The notes under the pieces: generated by a model
Seen by the model: only the letters and a program-made list of their open reading frames with translations
Told to the model about the DNA's origin: nothing
Databases searched by the model: none
Sequence record: LR877332
Direction: 5' to 3' (one strand)
Origin: Shigella phage vB_SsoM_JK08
Length of the DNA: 64,000 nt
Translations under genes and position numbers: made by a program
Part shown: one piece after another, positions 58,825-64,000 of the stretch
Layout of the letters: each line of letters opens with the position of its first letter
Numbering within the stretch: position 1 is the stretch's first letter

Positions 58825-60876
58825 TTATCCTTGAACGAACTTGTAAGGCATGTTTGCAATATCTATGCAAGACGCAATAATTCCAAGAGATGATTCTACT
58901 TTCTGTTTAACATTTGATGAAACAAATGATGCAAAGTCAACTCTATCTTCTATATCACCTGTCATTGTAACTACTTCGCCGGTTTCCATTAGACGGTCAC
59001 CGTCATAAATTACCGATTCGGTGAGTTCTTCTGTGGTCATAACTTCAGCTTGAATAAGCTTGTTGTTAGTTTTAACTGTTCCATCATTGTAAGATGCATC
59101 GGTTATTTTATTAACTTTGACCATTAATCCACGTGGCAAAATGACTTCCATTTCATTTGAAGGTGCTAAACTTCCACCTGGTAAAACAACATTGACTTTA
59201 TCAGCCCCAGTAATAACCCATCCAATTCCAACTAAATTATCGCTAGAATTTACTAGTCCTTCATCAGTTTTATCAATAGAAACACTTAAACGCTTTTCGT
59301 CTGGTAAAACACCCACAGATGAATCAGTCATCCAGGTACCAAAAATATTTGGATATAATGATGTTGACACAAAATTTCTAAAATAAAAAACTCGATTTTT
59401 TACCAGTGCTTCATATATTGAAGGTAACATTCGTTGTGAACGATACAAAGTAATACCTTTTGGTAATCGTTCACCATTTTTAAAGGCAGAATCTAAATTA
59501 TCAATAGCTTTTTCTATATCAGATGCTGTCAAAATACTTGTACGCTCATCTGGATTATATAATCCCAAAAGAGCGTTATTTATGTCTACATATCCTGAAC
59601 TTACGTATTCACGAATTCCGCGTTTTTGTGCCGGTGTGTATTTAGATGAATCTTTATTTTCGACTATAGGATGTAGTGACCATCCAGCGGTAAGAGCATA
59701 TCCACGCAATTCTCTTCGAATAATCTTTGTTTTTATTGCATTCCAAGAATTTTGTACTAACTCATTCGCAGCATCTTGATTTAAATGCGAATGCTTGTTA
59801 ATGTTTCTTTCTAACCAAGCACCTTTATATTTTTCTAAAGTATCATCAACTATAGAAGCAATAGTTTCTAAAGTTTTTATTGAAGTAATAGATTCTTTTC
59901 GTAATCTTTCTAAAGCTTTATTTTTTATTTCTGCATTAACATCAGATTCTTTATCTTCAGGAATTATAGAAGCTTCTCTGAATGCCATTCCAGCTGTAAC
60001 ACTACTAAGAGCATTCTCTAATGCAAATCCTGAAGTAGAAATAACAGTTAATTCATTAGCGTCAGAAATTAAAGGAGCGTCAGCAGGTTTATTTAATTCT
60101 GCTGCTGAAGCCTCAAATTTTTGAAACATCGGCGTTTCAAATCTAGAAGATTCCAATGATTGACTTTGCGCAATTGCTCTACGGGAAATTTTAACTTTAA
60201 CGATTACAGCTTGGTCAGAACGTTTATCATTTTCTTGCGCAATAGATGCTGCAATTGCCTCATTTTTAGTTACTTGAGCTCCAGTATCTTTATTGATATA
60301 AACATCACCGACCTTCGATTCAACTTTAGTAAAGAGCTCGGTACTAATTTCTGGAACTCCTGGAATGTCTTCTAGTGATACATTTTTGCGATGTATAAGA
60401 ATATATGCATACTTTTTATCATAATCCCAGAGTTCCTTAAGAAGGACGTATCTGCCACCTGAACGACTACGGATAAGTCTATCAGCAATAACTTGAATTT
60501 GTCGAGCTTGACCAGCGGTTTTAGACTTAAGAATACGGAGCATACAAGCATCAATTTTATATTGACGCATTGTTTGCATTGCAACAGTAAAAACTGAATT
60601 GATATAATTAATTGGGCTTGGCCCAAGACCTTTCAATTTAGCAATTGAACCTTTAGCGGTTAATGTAAAAGGAACAATATGCATCATTTTATCGCCCATT
60701 TTTAAATCGCGATTAGTATCACCTCCAGATGTATAGGTACATAAACGAAAGCCTGGTTGTTCAATTGCATCATCAACATGAACTGAAAAAATTTGCGGTA
60801 TTTTCTTCTTTGGATTTAAGTTTGTAATCGGAAGAGTAGTATCTTCGTCAAATAATTCTGTAATAAGTTCCATCAT
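58825..60876 (-). CDS. Alt-family mono-ADP-ribosyltransferase, paralog 2
   Basis: 683 aa; N-terminal region closely similar to paralog 1, central region divergent; ART signature: R in TLYRSQ, STS in FVSTSL, ExE in NEMEVILPRG. Confidence 0.85.
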   Translation of the reverse strand: MMELITELFDEDTTLPITNLNPKKKIPQIFSVHVDDAIEQPGFRLCTYTSGGDTNRDLKMGDKMMHIVPFTLTAKGSIAKLKGLGPSPINYINSVFTVAMQTMRQYKIDACMLRILKSKTAGQARQIQVIADRLIRSRSGGRYVLLKELWDYDKKYAYILIHRKNVSLEDIPGVPEISTELFTKVESKVGDVYINKDTGAQVTKNEAIAASIAQENDKRSDQAVIVKVKISRRAIAQSQSLESSRFETPMFQKFEASAAELNKPADAPLISDANELTVISTSGFALENALSSVTAGMAFREASIIPEDKESDVNAEIKNKALERLRKESITSIKTLETIASIVDDTLEKYKGAWLERNINKHSHLNQDAANELVQNSWNAIKTKIIRRELRGYALTAGWSLHPIVENKDSSKYTPAQKRGIREYVSSGYVDINNALLGLYNPDERTSILTASDIEKAIDNLDSAFKNGERLPKGITLYRSQRMLPSIYEALVKNRVFYFRNFVSTSLYPNIFGTWMTDSSVGVLPDEKRLSVSIDKTDEGLVNSSDNLVGIGWVITGADKVNVVLPGGSLAPSNEMEVILPRGLMVKVNKITDASYNDGTVKTNNKLIQAEVMTTEELTESVIYDGDRLMETGEVVTMTGDIEDRVDFASFVSSNVKQKVESSLGIIASCIDIANMPYKFVQG

Positions 60877-60896
60877 AGCCTCTCTAGTGTTTATTC

Positions 60897-60904
60897 TATT
60901 TATA
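60897..60904 (-). promoter_or_regulatory. late promoter TATAAATA for the alt paralogs
   Basis: Minus-strand TATAAATA about 21 nt upstream of ATG 60876, directly after a hairpin. Confidence 0.55.
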
Positions 60905-60926
60905 AAATTAAAGGCCCGAAGGCCTT
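60905..60926 (-). terminator. stem-loop / weak terminator
   Basis: Hairpin AAAGGCCTTCGGGCCTTT followed by a short U-run on the minus strand. Confidence 0.4.
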
Positions 60927-61114
60927 TAATAATCTAGTGGTAAGAGAGTACGGTATATTTCAAACTTTGGACCTTTTTCATAGGCATCAAATGTTTCTGT
61001 GAATTTATTATAAGCGTATGCATCTACAAATTCGAGAATGACTTGTGATACAGAAGTAGAAACATCTCCACCTTCTTTTTGAGCAATGACAATTGTTTCT
61101 AAGTAAGCTTTCAT
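60926..61114 (-). CDS. hypothetical protein
   Basis: 62 aa ORF with ATGA overlap to the ligase gene stop. Confidence 0.5.
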   Translation of the reverse strand: MKAYLETIVIAQKEGGDVSTSVSQVILEFVDAYAYNKFTETFDAYEKGPKFEIYRTLLPLDY

Positions 61115-62574
61115 AAACCAGTTACCTCATGAAAATCACCAAATACATCCTCGAATGTATTAGCTTTAGTTTTATCTTCACGCAAACGAATCGCAATCGG
61201 AAGAAATAATTTAACGTAATCAGTGCGGCCATCAGATTTTAACCAACCGTTGCATTCGCACTCTAGAATTTTTCCAATATAATAATTTTGGTTTTCCATA
61301 ATGCGAGTACGGTCAAGTTCATGCGATTTTACACCGGCTTTATCTTTTAAGCCTGAACCAGCATTTACTTTAATTTTTCCACACTCTGACTCAAGAATAA
61401 ATCCACCTGCTTTAGTAGGGTCTTTACGGTGAGGATAAATTCCTACAATTTTTAAATCAACATCAATTACTTCTTTAAATTTATAGAGATTTTTTGAACG
61501 AGCATTTTCCCATAATCCATCGATATTTTTGAGAATAATACCTTCAAGACCTTGGTCAATATACTTTTTATAAATTACCTTGGCTTCGTCTAGGTTATTT
61601 ACTACCTGGTTTTCAATTAAAATTACTTTATCATAGCCTGATGTCATTTGTTCTAGTTTAGAAAAACGTACATCATATTTCAAACGAAATGCAGGAAGAC
61701 CGTATATTTCTACCAACGGTACATAATCCCAGACCTGAAACTTCATGCATTGTGCTTCTTTTTCAGAAATGGTTCCCTTTAAAGATTTATTGGCGATGCC
61801 ATTAGATGCAGTACGTGATTCAGCTACTTCGGCGAATTCTTTAGCTTTACTGTTTTCAGGATAAGCATCAAAAAGAAAATCTAGGCCTTCTGGCTCCTTT
61901 TCAACTTGCTCATGGTATACCAATTCGCCATCAATTAACACGCCTTCTGGATGAATCTGGCGGGCTTCAGCGGTCATTTTGATTAATTCTTCCTTAAGAA
62001 GATCTAATCCTAGATATTCATTACCAGCTCGTGATAAAAGACGAACGTCATCTAATTCATCACCTCTGACTTCGGCAAAGCACCGAGCTCCATCAGCTTT
62101 TAACTGGGCAAAGGCTGGAAATTTGATATTCTTATTAATGCCTTTTTCATCATAAGAACTTGCGAGCATTTGAGGTTGTTCAGGAATTAAACCTGGCCAA
62201 ACTTTGTTTGCAATAGATACTGAAGCACCACATTCAAGGTCTCGCATCATCACTCGACGCAAAACTTCAACATCATCTTTTTTACCGTCAGTAATATAAC
62301 CTACTAATTCCTCAATTGCCGCATTTCCGGTCAATTTTCGAGTAGCTAACGTGAATTCAATGAAGTCAAGCATATCGGTAATAGTCAGCATTCCAAAACT
62401 CTGGGTAGCAATACCAGGTTTAGGCCATTTCTTGATATAATACTGTAACCCACGAGAATAAGTCAGACGATATACTCGTTTAAGCAATTCATTATCTTTA
62501 TTCTTTTCAAGAATTGCTTGCTTCTGCTTAGTTGAACCAATAGATGCTATTTCGTTCAGAATTTTAAGAATCAT
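61111..62574 (-). CDS. 30: ATP-dependent DNA ligase
   Basis: 487 aa as in T4 gp30; adenylation motif KADGARC. Confidence 0.95.
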   Translation of the reverse strand: MILKILNEIASIGSTKQKQAILEKNKDNELLKRVYRLTYSRGLQYYIKKWPKPGIATQSFGMLTITDMLDFIEFTLATRKLTGNAAIEELVGYITDGKKDDVEVLRRVMMRDLECGASVSIANKVWPGLIPEQPQMLASSYDEKGINKNIKFPAFAQLKADGARCFAEVRGDELDDVRLLSRAGNEYLGLDLLKEELIKMTAEARQIHPEGVLIDGELVYHEQVEKEPEGLDFLFDAYPENSKAKEFAEVAESRTASNGIANKSLKGTISEKEAQCMKFQVWDYVPLVEIYGLPAFRLKYDVRFSKLEQMTSGYDKVILIENQVVNNLDEAKVIYKKYIDQGLEGIILKNIDGLWENARSKNLYKFKEVIDVDLKIVGIYPHRKDPTKAGGFILESECGKIKVNAGSGLKDKAGVKSHELDRTRIMENQNYYIGKILECECNGWLKSDGRTDYVKLFLPIAIRLREDKTKANTFEDVFGDFHEVTGL

Positions 62575-62840
62575 TGTTCATCCTTTAGAGTTTGGTTTAC
62601 AGCTCTATTATAAATCAATTCATCATTAAGCTCAGTCAAAGACCTGTGGTACGTGGTTCTAACTTTATTTCCTTGCATCCAGTGCTTGACGTAAATGAAA
62701 CCTTGCTCTACACATTTTTTAAAAATTCGTTCGTCTTTTTGAGCTCGGAATTCTGGATTGCATCTAAAAAATTGATTTACGTGACCGTAATCACGTGTAG
62801 TATTACCTTCATTTTCATAAATAGTGTGAACAACAAACAT
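62571..62840 (-). CDS. 30.1: hypothetical protein (30.1-like)
   Basis: 89 aa ORF overlapping ligase start. Confidence 0.6.
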   Translation of the reverse strand: MFVVHTIYENEGNTTRDYGHVNQFFRCNPEFRAQKDERIFKKCVEQGFIYVKHWMQGNKVRTTYHRSLTELNDELIYNRAVNQTLKDEQ

Positions 62841-63694
62841 TAGAATGCTCCTTGGAAAATATTATCACCACTACCACTAGTAAGTCTATTAAAATACCCT
62901 GCGTCGCCAGGCTTAATATAACTCCACGTATGGAATGGATGCATCTGATGTGAGTGTGTATAATATGGATGATATGGATTATAAGGATTAAATCCAGGAG
63001 TTCTCCAAGTAGTGTTCCAACGAAAAGAATCGTTTTTAATCATCTTCTCAATTACATCTTTTATAACTTTTTCACTATCAAAACTTTCTTTATTTTCCTT
63101 CGATGGAAAAAGCTTATTCTCTACATCATTCCATGTATAAACTCGCTGTGCAGTTTTTGGAATACTGTCACGTTCCCCTCGAGCCATCCAATAAACAGGA
63201 ACATTTAATATTTCACTTGCGTGATCGCAGTGGTGAGCGAGATCGTCAATATAACAAATTACGTTATATTTTTCTTTTGCCTTTTTGAACAACTCTTCTT
63301 TTGAAGAATCATGACCACACATCAGTACTTCTGAGAAGGCACCAGGAAAAAGAGCATTCAAATTAAATTGACGATTCAGCAGAGCGTCAATAGAATCACC
63401 CAATGCTGTAACAGCTACAAAATTATAATCTTCTTTTAATTTGTTAATTACACACAGGGCATCTTTATATGGAGACAAGTATCGAATAAAATCCGAACGA
63501 TTGTATTTTTCAATTAGCTTAACGCCAAGTTCTTCATCGCAATTAAATAGTTTACCAGGAGAAATAAATTTCTCATCCTGGATCATTTTTAAAATATGTT
63601 CTAACGGAAGATTATATTTCTGAGCAAAATAAGGAAGGCCTGATTGCCAGCTTAAACATACTCCATCAATATCAGTTAAAATAGTAGGCTTCAT
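62840..63694 (-). CDS. 30.2: HAD-superfamily-like protein (30.2-like)
   Basis: 284 aa; N-terminal motif ILTDIDGV resembles HAD motif I (hhhDxDG). Confidence 0.65.
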   Translation of the reverse strand: MKPTILTDIDGVCLSWQSGLPYFAQKYNLPLEHILKMIQDEKFISPGKLFNCDEELGVKLIEKYNRSDFIRYLSPYKDALCVINKLKEDYNFVAVTALGDSIDALLNRQFNLNALFPGAFSEVLMCGHDSSKEELFKKAKEKYNVICYIDDLAHHCDHASEILNVPVYWMARGERDSIPKTAQRVYTWNDVENKLFPSKENKESFDSEKVIKDVIEKMIKNDSFRWNTTWRTPGFNPYNPYHPYYTHSHQMHPFHTWSYIKPGDAGYFNRLTSGSGDNIFQGAF

Positions 63695-64000
63695 AGAGAG
63701 TCTCTTAATAGGTTTAACACATCAATAAATTCAGCTTCGGTTAGTATTGTATCATCTTTTGTTAGACCACTAGCCATGCTGTGCTTCAAAACTTTTCCTT
63801 TCGAGGCTTGTAATGCATCACGGAAGCCCTTGTTTTGGATCGCTGCTTCAAAATATGCATTTGTGTATAATTCTTTCCACGCCGGGGAGTATCTTGAAAA
63901 TGGAACTCCAAGCCAGAAGAGGGTCCCACGGTCCTGAGCTCTTGCATAAGACCTTCCAGCTTGTTGGGCGGCAAGCCCGGATAACCCAAATATACGACGT
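63691..64000 (-). CDS. hypothetical protein (30.3-like), 5' end beyond window
   Basis: Manual translation gives an open minus-strand frame from the window end to TGA 63691-63693, overlapping the 30.2 start; it is a different frame from the track ORF 63786..63989. Confidence 0.5.
   Translation of the reverse strand, partial: RRIFGLSGLAAQQAGRSYARAQDRGTLFWLGVPFSRYSPAWKELYTNAYFEAAIQNKGFRDALQASKGKVLKHSMASGLTKDDTILTEAEFIDVLNLLRDSL

Noticed and set aside
59117-60375. Several plus-strand ORFs (59117..59386, 59582..59779, 59795..60124, 60160..60375)
   Set aside because: All lie antisense inside the alt paralog 2 coding region, which has a conserved ART signature; no start signals.
56764-60876. Possibility that the two alt genes are an assembly duplication like the gene 11/12 repeat
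   Set aside because: The copies are clearly diverged in their central regions and differ in length, so this is a genuine paralog pair.
63786-63989. Track ORF of 67 aa on the minus strand
   Set aside because: A different minus-strand frame stays open across the whole interval to the window end and terminates at a TGA overlapping the 30.2 start, so I call that frame instead.

Overview
This window is a contiguous 64 kb segment of a T4-like (Tevenvirinae) myovirus genome, collinear with the phage T4 map. Left to right: nudE (e.1, truncated at the window edge) and a block of small accessory genes on the minus strand; a 10-gene tRNA cluster plus a tRNA-like stable RNA; an ipI-like hyperplastic locus; 57B, 57A, 1, 3, 2, 4 (minus); the baseplate, tail fibre, neck, terminase and tail block 53, 5, 5.1, 5.4, 6 to 12, wac, 13 to 19 (plus); head genes 20, 67, 68, 21, 22, 23, 24 (plus); rnlB, 24.2, 24.3, hoc, inh (minus); segE, uvsW, uvsW.1 (plus); uvsY, 25, 26 (minus); 51, 27, 28, 29, 48, 54 (plus); then two Alt-family paralogs, DNA ligase 30 and 30.1 to 30.3 (minus). 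Gene calls rest on recalled T4 protein lengths, gene order and visible motifs, not on database searches. Manually derived coordinates (tRNAs, promoters, hairpins, repeat boundaries) may be off by 1-2 nt. The most unusual features are: a perfect 2 x 617 bp tandem duplication across the gene 11/12 junction that creates a chimeric ORF; at least four genes whose products start with the T4 internal-protein capsid-targeting sequence; promoter-early stem-loop cassettes flanking small accessory genes; an HNH endonuclease gene inserted between 18 and 19 with a doubled late promoter; two tandem Alt-like ADP-ribosyltransferases; an enlarged Hoc with a duplicated Ig-like domain; and a tRNA set larger than that of T4. 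I found no CRISPR array, integrase or rRNA.
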